Counted from the stretch's first letter, positions 11,393 through 26,999 are shown. The stretch: 64,000 nucleotides of DNA from the human T2T-CHM13v2.0 reference genome, Homo sapiens (GCF_009914755.1 NC_060925.1); one strand, 5' to 3'. The notes: generated from the sequence alone by a model not told the origin. Translations and numbers: made by a program.

Positions 11393-14374
11393 CATTCTTT
11401 TCTACACAGTGCATCTCTGTATAGAGAAGTGAGGCCTAGCTCAAATGATAGTTCCTCTTTGAAGTCTTTGTCAACAACTTCAGGATGAATTAACTGCTCT
11501 AAATACTAATTGCAGACACTGCTGTTTTTCTGATTTACCTCAAAATCCTCAGCATTAGTACAATACTTGGCCTTAAAGAGGAGCTCAACGTATTTTGTTA
11601 AATGACTAAGTTGACTTATGAGTGAATGAGTGATTCCCCTCCCACCTATCCTCTCTACTTTCTGTTGAGACCTCTCAGCTAAATTCCCAAAGCATCATTT
11701 TGGAGGTTACCAGAACATAAGGAAGAAGAGAAGTCCCAGACCTAATGCAGTACATAAGTTTCTCTAAAACAGCAGCATTCTCTGGTCCTCCTCAGGAGCC
11801 TTGAAAGACAGGAGCCCTAATTTCCTCTCTAATCAAGCAGAGAAATACAGATGGGAATAAAGGTGTTTCAACCCTAGTAGACACAAGCATTTTTCTTCAA
11901 ATTAGCAGAAAGGGACATAATAAAAAATCATTCTTTCCAGGTTGTAAGTCTTAAAAAAGGTGTGCAAAACAAGGGGATCACAAAGTCACTCAGATATCCC
12001 CAAAGGAAGTAGCAAATTTTAAGCACCTTCTGAATCTCAATAGCTTGCTATCCGTTTGATGCACACTACTGTCTGAATGCTAAGCACATATTCTTCCCAC
12101 CATTCCAAGGCTGTGCTACCTCAGATTTATCCAACAACGGCAGTTATAGTCTCTTGGTTCTCTTACTTCATCTACTCAGGGGCTGAAAGCAAACTGGCAT
12201 GTAGTTTCTCAGGCATATTTGAAATTGAGGTAAGATTTCATTCCTTTTCCCTTCGTGAGGGCAGCTGAATCTCTCATTTGTCATCTATGCCAACACATGG
12301 CCTTTAGTCTACATTTGGCTGGAACAACCAAGGCTATCACCTAGCTTGAGCCATTTGCCCCCCTCCTTTTCCTCTTTGATGTCTGGCATAGCCAGGGACC
12401 TTGGATGGATACCCATTTTCTAAATGCACCCTCCCTAGGCAAACAGGACCTATTCTAATTCCAATCCTATCTTCCACCAAATAATTATAATAGTACTCCT
12501 GTCACCAGCACATCTATTCTTATCTCTCTCCGCACTTTGTCACAGCTAATCTCTTGGTGAGTCACAGGGAGAGGGAGAAAGAGTAAGAGAGTGCTCAGAT
12601 ACAGGCAACACATTTTTACACCCAGTGTCTAATCAGATTATCATCTTATCAGGGGCTGATGGGCACTCAGGGTGGGAGGAGAGAGACAGTGCTACATATT
12701 GCCAGCTGAATTTTTGATAACAAAAAGACATTGCTCGATTCTTGAATTAACCTTTTTGTCCTACACACTGTATTATTTATTTTTCAGAGTTTATATTATA
12801 TGTAGGGATTTTTTTTTTTTTTTTGGTCTGTGCCTTCTGGAGAAGGACACCCACACACTGTGGCAGCAGCTGCTTCTATTAATTCCAAGCCATTAAAAAA
12901 ATTAAAAATAAACCCAATTACTTAGGCTTGTTTGGAGCTGAGGAATAGCTGAGACTGATTATTCCCCCTGGTCATGGACAGCAACAATATTCCTACCTAT
13001 GGTGGCTGCTGGCAGAATGCCAATGCAGACAGAAACTCCAGGGACAGGCACCCCATGCAATGAGAGGCTATAAATCACATACTCTATCTTCTCCAATCCA
13101 GATTCCTGACAGGCAGCAAGAAGAGAAGACTGAACAAGGAGCTAGGAGTTGGATTCTAGTCCAAGCTCTTGGTATATTCTTCCCCCGTGCCTCTGTATAA
13201 AATGTGGTTACTAAAAAGCATCCTGTATCCTTCTTAGGGTTGTTGTGAAACTCTTAGGTGAAAAGGACTGTGTTTTCAAAACTGTCATTTGCTGGGGTAT
13301 GGGATGGTACATGAGGCAGTATTAGAATTCTGGGTGCTTTGGGATTATTAGGTGGTAGACCATAGCTGAAATGGGTCAGGTTTGCACTGAAGTTTTGTAT
13401 CCAGATTACTTTGTTGTTACATCATGGGTGGAATAACAATAATCATTCAGGCTGTGAAGTCACTAGACTGGAATCCCCTTGTCACCTTGCATAAAACCTA
13501 GCATATAGAGGCAATTGATAAATATTTTGAATGAATGAGTAAATAAGTCAGTCAGTGCTGGGTTTTGAATGAACAGATAGGGCTACGTGCAATTCTAGCT
13601 TTGGATGTCTTTTAGAAATGCAGTCATTGTATAGTAGAACTAATGTGGGTTTAGGCTGTAATCGATTTCCATTATTATTAATCAGTCATGTAACCTTGGG
13701 CCTGGGTTTCCCAATCTATAAAATGCAAATAGTGTTTAGCTTATAGATTTGTTGTGAAGTTTGGAGATTGGTACCTGACACATACGGGGTGCTTAGTAAA
13801 TGGTAAATGTGATACTCATCATGCTGTGTGTGATGGATAGTTGGCATCATGCTCTTTCTTGGTTGGGAACAATGAATTCCAAGTTCACACTAAGTGTGCT
13901 TAGGGTTTGAAATGGACAGAGCAAGTCAAGGTAGGGGGTCAAGGAAAAAGTGAAAATGGATGGGGTCTTAATTTAAATATATGCTTATTAACTAAAAACA
14001 GTGATAACCTGTTTTCTCTTCTTGACCTTTTGCAGACCCAAAGTAACCAATATCCACCTTTCAAGGAATGTGCTGTCTGATAAAACTAAGTGTGTCTGGA
14101 TACAGGAAGGCAGTTAATACCTTCAGTTTCCAAATGGTGGTGTGAGAAGTATTCAAAGATGTTGTCCCTGCTGGCAGCTTTTTGTACCAGTCAATTGTGC
14201 TGTGGCCCATGTTGTAACCTTCAAGATACATGGAGCCTCCAGGTTACTAGTTAGTGGGATCAATAGGAAATGTGGAAAATAATTGGTTAGGAGAATTTGA
14301 AATATGCCTGGGAAATAGAGACTAAGCAGTCCTGCTTATAGGGAATAGTCTGAATGCTCTTGACACATTTATGC

Positions 14375-16680
14375 TAGGGTATAACATAAAATTATGCATT
14401 TATTTTCTTGTTTAGTTAAAATTCTTAAAAAAATTTTTTGTCTGTTACCCTTTTATCCGCAATGAGCTCAAAACTACAAAAGTGTATGTTTTAGGAAAGT
14501 TAACTATTAAATTTCCATTTCTCATGACACGCAATAATAAATACATAACGTGTATAAAACATTTGTCAGTGTTTATGATCCTGATAGGGATGTACTGATA
14601 ACATGCCCGCATAAAAATCACAAGACACAAATCTGCTGAAGAAACATCAACATCTACTTAAATAGTTAATACTTATTTTTGAAAAACTTATGCCAAAATA
14701 CTACAATTTACACATGTAAAAGCAGAAGCATAGAAGAAATATGATTGAAATTATTCTAGAACAGTCATTTGCTCTAAATGAAAAGCCAGACATCAGAGCT
14801 ATACTACATATAACTTCTGATGTCTGGCTTATTATTTACATGACTATTTTAAAATAATTTTGATCATTACCAATTCCAAGTTCTCTTGGGTATGAAGTGG
14901 TAGCTGTCAATGTCTTTCCTCAATTAGCAGAAGAACTAAAACCAGCAGTTTTATATCAAAGTCAACAGATATATCAAACAAAATAATTTAACTGAATTCC
15001 AATATAATTCAATTATTTTCATCCAATTCATGTAACCAAAGTAAAGCTTTTGGAAATTAATTCTATTGAAGCTAAAATACTGTCTTGGTAGTGCTGATAC
15101 AGCTTATTCATTTTCAAAAGTTAAACATTAAAGAAAAAATTATTTTAGGGCAATATGAATACAATTGGTATTTTTTGAAATTGGTGAAAACAATGTACTT
15201 GTTAAATCAGCAAACCTATTTTGGTTTGGTGAAAGCAATATACTTGTTAAATCAACAAACCTATGGAGTAAAATTTATTTTGAATTGGTTTGAGGTGTCT
15301 ACATAATTCATAATTGCATCCAAACAAGCTTCTATTTTCTATCTTCAAAATAGAAGCCATAGTTGTCAAAATGTACCCAAACAGAACTATACAATTTTTA
15401 TGTGAAGCTAACATTAAACTATATGTGAAAAAAATGTTTTCATAAAGTTTTAGAAAGCCAGACCACACTTTCTGTCTTTACTGTCTGACATCAATGTGAT
15501 TTCACAAATTTTGAGTCTTTAATAAAGGCTCAAAATTTTTTTTAATCTACATTGATTTTGTACTTTTTCTTTATTATTGTTAATGAGACTTTTACATTTT
15601 GGCTGTCTTTTGTTCAAAATCAATTGGCAATCTTTAATCAAATATTCAATAAATGAAGCACCAAAGTGCTTCAGCTTTTAAAGCTTTTATCAATTTGCAA
15701 TTATTTAAAATAAAGCTTGCAAACAGGAAGATACGACAGTTGTCTTTACAAAAGCAAGAAAGAAATTGCACAAATTAAATGGTGAAAGCAAAATTGAAAT
15801 ACAAGATTAAATTTTGAAATTCTATGATTTTACCTTGGGATAACAGCTTATTAGTAGAGTCTTTTGATGAAGCTCCTATTTTTAATTGTACATTTATATG
15901 TTGTACTACAGTGGAATAAAATTGAGAAGGCCTTCAGTTTTATAATATCTACATTTGATGAACATTTAAAAGAATGAAGAAGCACCTCATTTGATAAATT
16001 TTGTTTTATTAAAAAAATCAAAGAAAAATTTCCTGAAGGGAGCAAATAAGGAAGTAACTGTATAAATATTTGGACTGAAATATTTATATATTTCAATACT
16101 AAAAGGCTTATTTCTAGGAATGTCCCTTATTTATAAAATGTGCTCTAAGTTTATCAGGCAGGTACCTGAGTACCTACAGAGAAAATGCCTTTTTAATTTA
16201 AGTATAGTATGTTCTATAAAGAATAATTAATTGAATGCATCAACAGTTTCAAACTTATTCATCATAATATATAACTCTAAGAAGATTAAAGGCAAAGGCA
16301 ATGTCATCAAGAACTAAAAATCATGAGAACATATTAGAAAAAATATTCTTCATAAAAATACTAATGACATAGTGTTAGATATAGGTGTAGCTAAGAAACT
16401 GAGTAAAGCCTGTGAATGTATGCCAAAAATAATTACTTTGATTTTAAGAAAATAAATATGTTTTTAAACATTTTTGCTTTAATGTACATGAATGCCTATT
16501 AATCTTATTTTTAGATTAAATTCTATTTTTAAAACTAGATTTTGAAAATAATTATTTTGTAACTCTACTAACGTAATAAAATCAATTTTGTTTCAAAAAA
16601 CAGTATTTCAAAAAATATACAATTTTTTTTAGTTCTCCTATTCACTTTCAGTTTGAATGATTAATTATATGGTCATTCTA
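14375..16680 (+). mobile_element. hAT-superfamily DNA transposon fossil, BLACKJACK-like, with degenerate TIRs
   Basis: Left end TAGGGTATAACATAAAATTA (14375) vs reverse complement of right end TAGAATGACCATATAATTAA (to 16680), resembling the Blackjack TAGGGTGACCATA TIR. AT-rich decayed transposase interior; ~16140-16370 resembles the hAT C-terminal dimerisation region (ALSL-GT-…-ER-F-like). No intact ORF and no recognisable 8-bp TSD. Confidence 0.7.
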
Positions 16681-16684
16681 TCCA

Positions 16685-18625
<1,941 letters not shown>

Positions 18626-18933
18626 TGTATTGGTGAGGGGATAATGCCAGAGAAGTAAGAAGGCTGACTGTCTGTGCCCTGACATTTCTAGGTCCATGAT
18701 TGGCTAGAGGGTTTCTTGCAGAGCTGGGTAGGGATGGGTATTGTGGTGGAGGGGCTTCTCCAGGAAGCTGTTCCATGAGTAAGATTTTGCCCAATTTTCA
18801 CATAGTGCCTCTCAGAGAAAGGATAAAGGATTAATCATTCACGTGAAGGCTTCCTCTTCCTCTACAGTGCAGAATCCTGCAAAATGTAGTATCCTGATTT
18901 GTTTCTAGATTGTTCTTCCTTCTCTTTCCAGCC

Positions 18934-21182
18934 TGATATGGTTTGGCTGTGTCCCCACCCAAATTTCATCTGGAATTGTAGTTCCCATAATCGCCACATG
19001 TCATGGGAGAGACCCAGCAGGAGGTAATTGAATCATGGGGGCGGTTACCCCCATGCTGCTGTTCTTGTGATAGTGAGTGAGTTCTCACAAGATCTGATGG
19101 TTTTATAAGGGGCTTTTCCCTCTTTGCTCAGCAATCCTCCTTCTTGCCATCATGTGAAGGAGGACATGTTTGCTTCCCCTTCAGCTATGATTTTAAGTTT
19201 CCTGCAGCCTTCCCAGTCATGTGGAACTGTGAACCAATTAAACCTCTTTTATAAATTACCCAGTTTTGTGTATTTCTTCATAGCAGCCTGAGAAAGAACT
19301 AGTATGGTAAATTAGTATCATAGAGAGTGGGGCACTGCTGTAAAGATACCCCAAATGTGGAACTGGGTAACAGGCAGAGGTTGGAACAGTGTGGAGGGCT
19401 CAGAAGAAGACAGGAAAATGTGGGAATGTTTGGAACTTCCTAGAGACTTGTTGAATGGCTTTGGCCAAAATGCCAATAGTGATATTGACAATGAAGTCTA
19501 GCCTGAGGTGGTCTCAGATGGAGATGAGGAACTTGTTGGGAACTGGAGTAAAGGCAACTCTTGTTATGCAAAGAGACTGGTGGCATTTTGCCCTGCCCTA
19601 GAGATCTGTGGAATTTTGAACTTGAGAGAGATGATTTAGCATATCTGGCAGAAGAAATTTCTGAATGGCAAAGGGTTCAAGAGGAAGAAGAGCAGAAAAG
19701 TTTGGAAAATTTGCAGCCTAATGATGCAATAAAAAAAGAAAAACCCATTTTCTGGGGAGAAATTCAAGTCTGCTGCAGAAATTTGCATAAGTAACAAGGA
19801 GCCAAATGTTAATCACCAAGAAATGGGGAAAATGTCTCCAAGGCATATCAGAGACCTTCACAGCAGCCCCTCTTATCACAGGCCCAGAGGCCTAGGAGGG
19901 AAAAAATGGTTTCATGGCAGGGCCCAGGGACCCCTGCTCTGTGCAGCCTTGGGACATGGTGTCCTGCTCCCAGCTGCTTCAGCTCCAGCCATGGCTAAAT
20001 GGGGCCAAAGTACAGCTTGGACCATCGCTTCAGAGGGCGCAAGCTCCAAACCTGGGCAGCTTCCATGTGGTGTTGGGCCTATGGGTACACAGAAGTCAAG
20101 AATTGGGGTTTGGGAACCTCTGCCTAGATTTCAGAGGAGGTATGGAAATTCCTGGATGTCCAGGCAAAAGTTTGCTACAGGGGCAGAGCCCTCACGGAGA
20201 AACTCTGCTAGGGCAGTGTGAAAGGGAAATGTGGGGTTGGAGCCCCTACACAGAGTTCCCACTGGGGCACTGCCTAGTGGAGCTGTGAGAAGAGGGCCAC
20301 CATCCTCCAGACTCCAGAATGGTACATCCACTGACAGCTTGCACCATGCACCTGGAAAAGTCACAGACAATGCCAGCCTGTTAAAGCAGCCAGGAGGGGG
20401 ACTGTACCCTGCAAAGCCACAGGGGCTTTGGCAGCTCTAAGGCCACGGGAGCCCACCTCTTGTATCAGCATGACCTGGATGTGAGACATGGAGTCAAAGG
20501 AGATCATTTTGGAACTTTAACATTCAGTGACGACCGACCCTATTGGATTTCAGACTTGCATGGGGCCTGTTGGTCAATTTCTCCCATTTGGAAGGGGTAT
20601 ATTTACCCAATGTCTGTACCCCCAGTGTATCTAGGAAGTAACTAACTTGCTTTTGATTTTGCAGGCTCATAGGCAGAAGGGACTTGCCTTGTCTCAGATG
20701 ACACTTTGTTCCTGGACATTTGGGTTAATGCTGGAATGAGTTAAGACTTTGGGGGGCTGTTGGGAAGGCATGATTATGTTTTGAAATGTGAGAATTTGAG
20801 ATTTGGGAGAGGCCAAGGGAGGAATAATGTGGTTTGGCTGTGTCTCCACCCAATCTCATCTTTAATTGTACTTCCCATAAGCCCCATATGTTGTGCAAGG
20901 GACCCTGTGGTAGGTAATTGAATCATGAGGGTGGTTACCTCCATGCTGCTGTTCTCATGATAGTGAGTGATGGTCTTATAAGGCACTTTTCCTTCTTTGC
21001 TCAGCACTTCTCCTTCCTGCCATTATGTGAAGAAGGATGTGTTTGCATCCTCTTCTGCCATGATTGTAAGTTTCCTGATGCCTCCCAGCCATGCGGAACT
21101 GTGAGTCAATTAAACCTCTGTCCTTTATAAACTACCCAATATGGGGCAGTTCTTTATGGCAATGTGAGAACATACTAATACA
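18934..21182 (+). mobile_element. Complete THE1 (THE1D-like) MaLR provirus: LTR 18934-19306, internal 19307-20824, LTR 20825-21182
   Basis: TGATATGGTTTGGCTGTGTCCCCACCC start, …ACTAATACA end, THE1-int sequence between; perfect 5-bp TSD CAGCC at 18929-18933 and 21183-21187. Confidence 0.93.
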
Positions 21183-22640
21183 CAGCCTCATGAGATAAGA
21201 GATTTTAAGCAGGAGTATTCATTGTCACTGAGCCCTAACATGTGAGGAGCCACTGTTAGATTTTTCAGCGTGTAGACATAGACCTAAGCCTGGTTACTAA
21301 GAGGGGGTGGGGGAGTGGTGCTGGTTTTTAAGATCTCAACATAATGACCTCCAGCACAAAGTAGTTACAGATTGTCCACCTGCACACACTGAGTGGGGTA
21401 ATACAGGCTAGGTATAAACAAGGTTGAGTGTGCTTAATAACAGACAAAGAAATACAGGAAAATAGGACAATATAGAGCCCTATCTGATTTATCATCTCCC
21501 TGGACCCCTGTCCTCCCTCCACTCCCAATCCCAGCTCAGGGAATGCTTGTTCACTGAACTGAGCCCCCAGTGGAAAGACTGAGGAGTAGATCATGAGAGT
21601 AGCTTCAAGTGATCTGGAGTCCAAGAAAGCCAGGAAATGGCCTAAATTCCAGGTTGTCAAATCCAGGGAGCTTAGCCAAAAAGTAATGTGAAAAATGAGT
21701 TGGTCCAAAAACTAGGTTTCCAAACTCAGTGGGGGACAGGGGATGAGAGATAATGAGGTTGGAGCCAAGACTGAGTCAGCAGCTGAGGAAGTAGACTGCA
21801 AAGGAGAAGAATGAGGAGGGGCAGAAGGCATAAGTAGCCAATGACTTTCAGCTCTCCTGGGGGCGAAAGTACAATCACAGTCTGAAGTGGATGAAGATGT
21901 GATCAGAATCAGTGAGGAGGGGAGTAGGATTACTTAGCAGAGATGACATACCATGTTCCAAGCCAGGTCATGCAGAAATTATTCTCTATGATAAAGGAAA
22001 TCAGGAGTGAGGGCTAACCTACCAGGAATAAAAGGCTGGCATAGATACATGGGGAAGCAGACGAGGATCTTGAGGAGATACCCCTTGAATATCAGTCTCC
22101 AGACAGCAGGTGAGGAAGCCAAGCCCAGTCCATTGCTCCATGTGAAAAGTTATAATAATTTGATGACCTGTGGGTGCATAGGGATGGCAGGCTATCAGGT
22201 ATGAGATCTGGGCTGGAGAGGCAAAGCACTGACTGAAGAACGATATGGCACAGCCCTGGGAATGTCTAATACAGAGAAAGGAAGTCCTACCTAATGGTGC
22301 CAGAAGAATTACTGTGGTAGTGTGACCAGCAGGCTGGATTCAGCAACAAGCATCAGATTATCAAGGTCAGAACAAGTAGAGGTTTTGGAACTGAGATTGA
22401 CACAGAAGTCAGAGGTAAGGGCAAAGCAAAAGCCCACAATACAAGTAGGAGACTAAGTAAGGTCAAGACAGTTGTGATTCTTGGAAAAAAGTCCTGGGGA
22501 TAGAAGTAGCCTTCATCTTGTTGGCAGAGCCTCTTACTGTCTGTAGGATGGGACTAAGCCCCAGATATATCTAGGATTAAGTCAACCAGTGAGCTGAATT
22601 ATCAAACCACAGGAGCCTACCAACACTTAACTCTCTAGAG

Positions 22641-22960
22641 CAGGGGTCCCCAACCCCTGGGGCCACGGACAGGCCACACAGCAGGAGGTGAGCTGTGGGC
22701 GAGCAAGCGTTACTGCTTGAGCTCCACTTCCTGTCAGATCAGCGGTGGCATTAGATTCTCATAGGAGTGCAAACCCTATTGTGAACTTTGCATGCAAGGG
22801 ATCTAGATTGCACTCTCCTTATGAGAATCTAACTAATGCCTGATGATCTGAGGTGAAACAGATTCACCCCAAAACCATCCCCACAGCCCCAACCCCCGTC
22901 GATGGAAAAACTGTCTTCCATAAAATGGGTTGCTGGTGCCAAAAAGGCTGGGGACCACTG
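22641..22960 (+). mobile_element. MER1B hAT-Charlie non-autonomous DNA transposon
   Basis: TIRs CAGGGGTCCCCA…TGGGGACCACTG; perfect 8-bp TSD CTCTAGAG at 22633-22640 and 22961-22968. Confidence 0.92.
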
Positions 22961-24249
22961 CTCTAGAGATTCTTCGTAGGTCAAGAGTTACTTATCTTTG
23001 GTCTCACTTCCTCTAGGAAATCCTCCTTCCACCTAGATTAGCTATGCCCACTCCTTACCCTGTCTCAGCCCATGATCACTTTAATACCCTATCTAACATG
23101 CATCATACTTCATTATGACTTACTATTGCTCTTCTTTGTTCCATTAGAGTAGGTCCATGTTTCTATTTGTACACCATGAATCCCTACTGGCTAATCCAAG
23201 TCTGGTACATAGTAATCACTAAGTACATAATTTGAATTCATTGAATTAATGAATGCATGAATGAGAGTGTTAATAAGATAGGCAGAAGCAACAGATACAG
23301 TTGAAAAGGAAGGTGGAGGCCATAGGATACAGCATAACACGTAAGCCATGTTGTGGAGTAAAGATTTACCCCTAAAAGAGATGCAGAGGATTTTAATCAT
23401 GTTCTCAATGACATCTTATACACAAAGGCCATTGGCACCCAAGGTATCACCACTGATAACCAGTTAGGCTATTCCTTCACAGAGTAACTGGTTGAAATGC
23501 TGATTCAAAGGAGTCAGCTGTGACATCTTGGCCTTCATCACATGCAAGAATGCCTCTAAATCAATTTCTCAGTGCCCATCATCTCCCTGTGTATGGCATA
23601 GCTTCCTTTCTACACTATTGATCTTCACACATTTAAAAATTACGTGAAAAGCTTTCATACTTCAGTAGATTTATTAATCTTAGAAGCTCTGAATTCATGT
23701 ATTTCACAACTTCCTACTTTTTAGGGTTATTATGTTAATTAAAATAATAACATGGACTCAGTAAAGAGCTTTTGGTAATTGAAATGAGTAAATTAACTCA
23801 TCTACCAGCCTCCTGAAATTTGGAAATCAGAAGTATAGGAGGCAAGGAATTTTTTTTTCATATAAGAAAAGCATAATTGTTACTTGAAAGACTTTCTTTG
23901 CAATCTATTTGGGAAGTCTATTAACCCTTTATGCTGACACATCTGCACACTTTTATAGAGATAGAGAACTTTAAGGATCACCCTGTGCAGTGTCTTTCAA
24001 CCATTTTTTAGCTACAAAATGCTTTCTTTATAAGAAAGCTAGGAGAGAAGCACAACACGTAAAACCAAATAAACAGGTAAATAGAATTTGGATGGCAAAA
24101 AACATGGCAAAGAGGTCGGGGGTTTAGGCTTGATCTGGCTCAATGTTTTTTATTTTATAACTGAAGCCTATAGAGATAAATGATTGGGCTGAAGCCACAC
24201 TGGAGTTTAGAAGCAGAGCTTAAGAACTGTGCCTCCAATTATATTAGTT

Positions 24250-24550
24250 TTGTTCATTCATCAAACAAATATTTATCAAGTCCTGTTCTTGATGCTAAAG
24301 ATAAATTAGTTTATAAAACAAGGTTTCTGTTTTTATGGGCGAGAACAAATATACAAACATATATGGCAGGTGGTGACAAGTGATATGAGGGGAAAAAGAC
24401 AGCATAAGGGAATAGAAAGTAAAAGAAGGGATGGTAGGTTTGTTACACAGGGTTGTGAAGAAAGGCCCTTCTGATGAGGTAACATTTGAATAAAGTGAAG
24501 GAGTAGGCCTGTTGGATTTCTGGAGGAAGACTGTTGCATGCGGAGGGAAT
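24250..24550 (-). mobile_element. L2 LINE fragment
   Basis: TTCATTCATCAAACAAATATTTATCAAG…GAAGAAAGGCCCTTCTGATGAGGTAACATTTGA. Confidence 0.6.
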
Positions 24551-24659
24551 AGCAAGTGCCATTGATGTTTCCCTGTTGCTTCTGTTCCTCCAGGACAGAG
24601 CATCTGCTAGCTGCCAGGAACTTCATTAGCTCTTTTACATGCATAAAGGTTCAGAGCAG

Positions 24660-24880
24660 TAGTGAGAAGAGAGATATTAGAGGCTAACAGGTCTGGTTTT
24701 GAATCCAGGTTTTGCCAGGCATTTAATTATGCAATGTTGGGCAAGTGACTTATCTTCTTTCACCTTTAATTTTCTGATTTGTAAAATGGGAATGGTAGTA
24801 TTTTTCTCACATATTTATTCAAAGCATCTAATAATAAAATACAGGTAAAGCTCTTAATATAAACACCAGTAGGCTACAGT
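24660..24880 (+). mobile_element. MIR SINE
   Basis: TTGAATCCAGG…TTGGGCAAGTGACTT…TTTGTAAAATGGGAAT core. Confidence 0.7.
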
Positions 24881-26999
24881 TGGTAGCTGTCAGTATTGTC
24901 CACTTTTCTTTATATGAACAAAGAATTTAGGTTGTAGTGGACGTTACTAAATTTTGGATGATCCACATCTATTTCCTCTTCTCAATAGCAATTTATTTCC
25001 TATGTTTAAATGACTCCTTCTCTGTTGGGTATACTTTGGTGGGGTCACAAGTAAAAGGCCTTGCTGTTCCTTGCCAAAGCACATGCACTATCTAGGCAAA
25101 TCAGATAGGCTCTCCATGGAATCTGCATCTTTAGCAGAGAGAAAATAATGAAAGACTTTGTGTTCCTTTATATTTTGACCAGATTGTTAGACTTAAGGTC
25201 CACTTTTGTGGCTTATTCTCCCTGATACTAAAGCTCTTTGCTTCCTTCTCACCCTCAGGTCTAGGTCTCTACTTCCCATGGATTCCGTGAGTCCTCAATA
25301 TCCTTCAAATGTATTTCTTTTTTCTAAGTTAAACGAAATAGATTTATATTCTTACAAATTAAAGAAATTGTATCTTAATACTTATACCTAACCAAAATAA
25401 TTGGAGACAATGAAAAAACCAATATAAGCCATATTTGCCTTTAAATACTTGGAATTACGTTTTAGAACAATAATGTTGAGAAAGAAAAATTTGAATTTCA
25501 TATATGGTCTTTGTACTCATTTACCTCTCTGAAAAGCAATTTCTCCAACTAAAAAACAAGCAGATTATATTAAACGCATAGCAAAACAAGATTAAACTAA
25601 CTGATTCTAAAATGATCTTACTAGAAATGACACTTTAGGATTCCCAATCTATAAGGTTACAATTCTAAGAATTTCATTATAATGTTATTAGTTTTATAAG
25701 TCATCTTCAAAACTTAAATCAAAGGCCAGGAAGAAAAAAATTTCAGGTCATATTATAACTTCAAATCACACCATGTAGGCAGCTGCCTATTTTACCTCTA
25801 TGTAGGAGTAACTCAGACATTCAATTGCTTTTTTGGTTGAATAAGAAATAGAATGTGGTAGGAGAGATGTGATGTGTCCACTGAAAGATGTCATTTAATA
25901 TCACACAGCTAGTCAATGGCAGCTAGACAGGGGCTTCAACTCCAGAGGCTAACACTTAAACAATATACTCTCCTGCCTCTATGGACATACTAAATAATGT
26001 GGATGATCACAGGAGACATAGGTGGGGTGATGACAGAAAGAATTAGGGTGATTCCTGAAGAGAGTGGCTTCAAACTGAATTTTGACAGTGGGATAAAATG
26101 TAGTTTTATTCAAATGGGAAGAAAGACTTCTCAGACAGAGGGTATAGCTTATGTGAAGGAGCAGAGATGAGAGTGTACACAATGTTTCCAAAGTAACTGA
26201 GCACTGCAGCTGAAGCATAGGTTTCATGTGGGAATAATTGGTGAGAAGTCTAAAGAGGAGTCTGAACCAAGCTGCAGGGAATGGAGTGGGATTTGAAGGT
26301 CAGACTAATGAATATCATCAAGCAACTGTATTATCCATATGCTCTACTTTCTCCAAAGTAGAACATTGCATCATTGTTCCTGCATTGCTTCTGCATCCTC
26401 TGTCTTGCCTAAAATGGCACCAAAGAAAGTTGATCTAGAAAATTATCGAAGCTCCACATAGTGAACTTTTGAGAAGTGTCCGCTAAAATAGAAGAAAAGA
26501 GTAAGATTCCTTTTCCAGGCAGGACTATTGAACAGCAGCCAGCTTCTTAACAGAAGCATTCACAACCAGCCCATTCCTTTCTGAGAGTTCTAGGAGGAAT
26601 CCTAGTTCTAGGTGTGGCATTTGGGGAGAACACGGGGAAAGTGGTGTTGAGTGTTAAAAGAGGATGGTTCTGACAGTAGGGTGGTTACAATCCTTCTCCT
26701 TAAGCCTATCTTCTGTCTTGAAGCATAAGACTGAAAAAGTGTTCTGCAAGCTGACAAGTTATTGCTGTAAGGGGAAAAAGAAGAGGAGGAAAAAAATAAA
26801 TCCCATGGAGTGAAGACAAAGGTGTGGGATCAAGGGACAAATGGAAGGAGAGAGGCCTTAATGGAAGATTCACGTGAGAGCATGGCTTGTATCAGTTCCA
26901 GAGGTAGCAATGACTTGGAGAATAAATTTGGCAGTGGTTCCTGTTCTTCTGGGCTGAGACCTTATAGAATATGACACTTCTTAAAAATGAGTCCCACTT

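Noticed and set aside
21700-22620. Purine-rich segments (also ~59000-59470, ~61240-61500, ~62480-63150) resembling ancient Gypsy-type LTRs
   Set aside because: Too diverged to assign family or boundaries by eye; needs a Dfam search.
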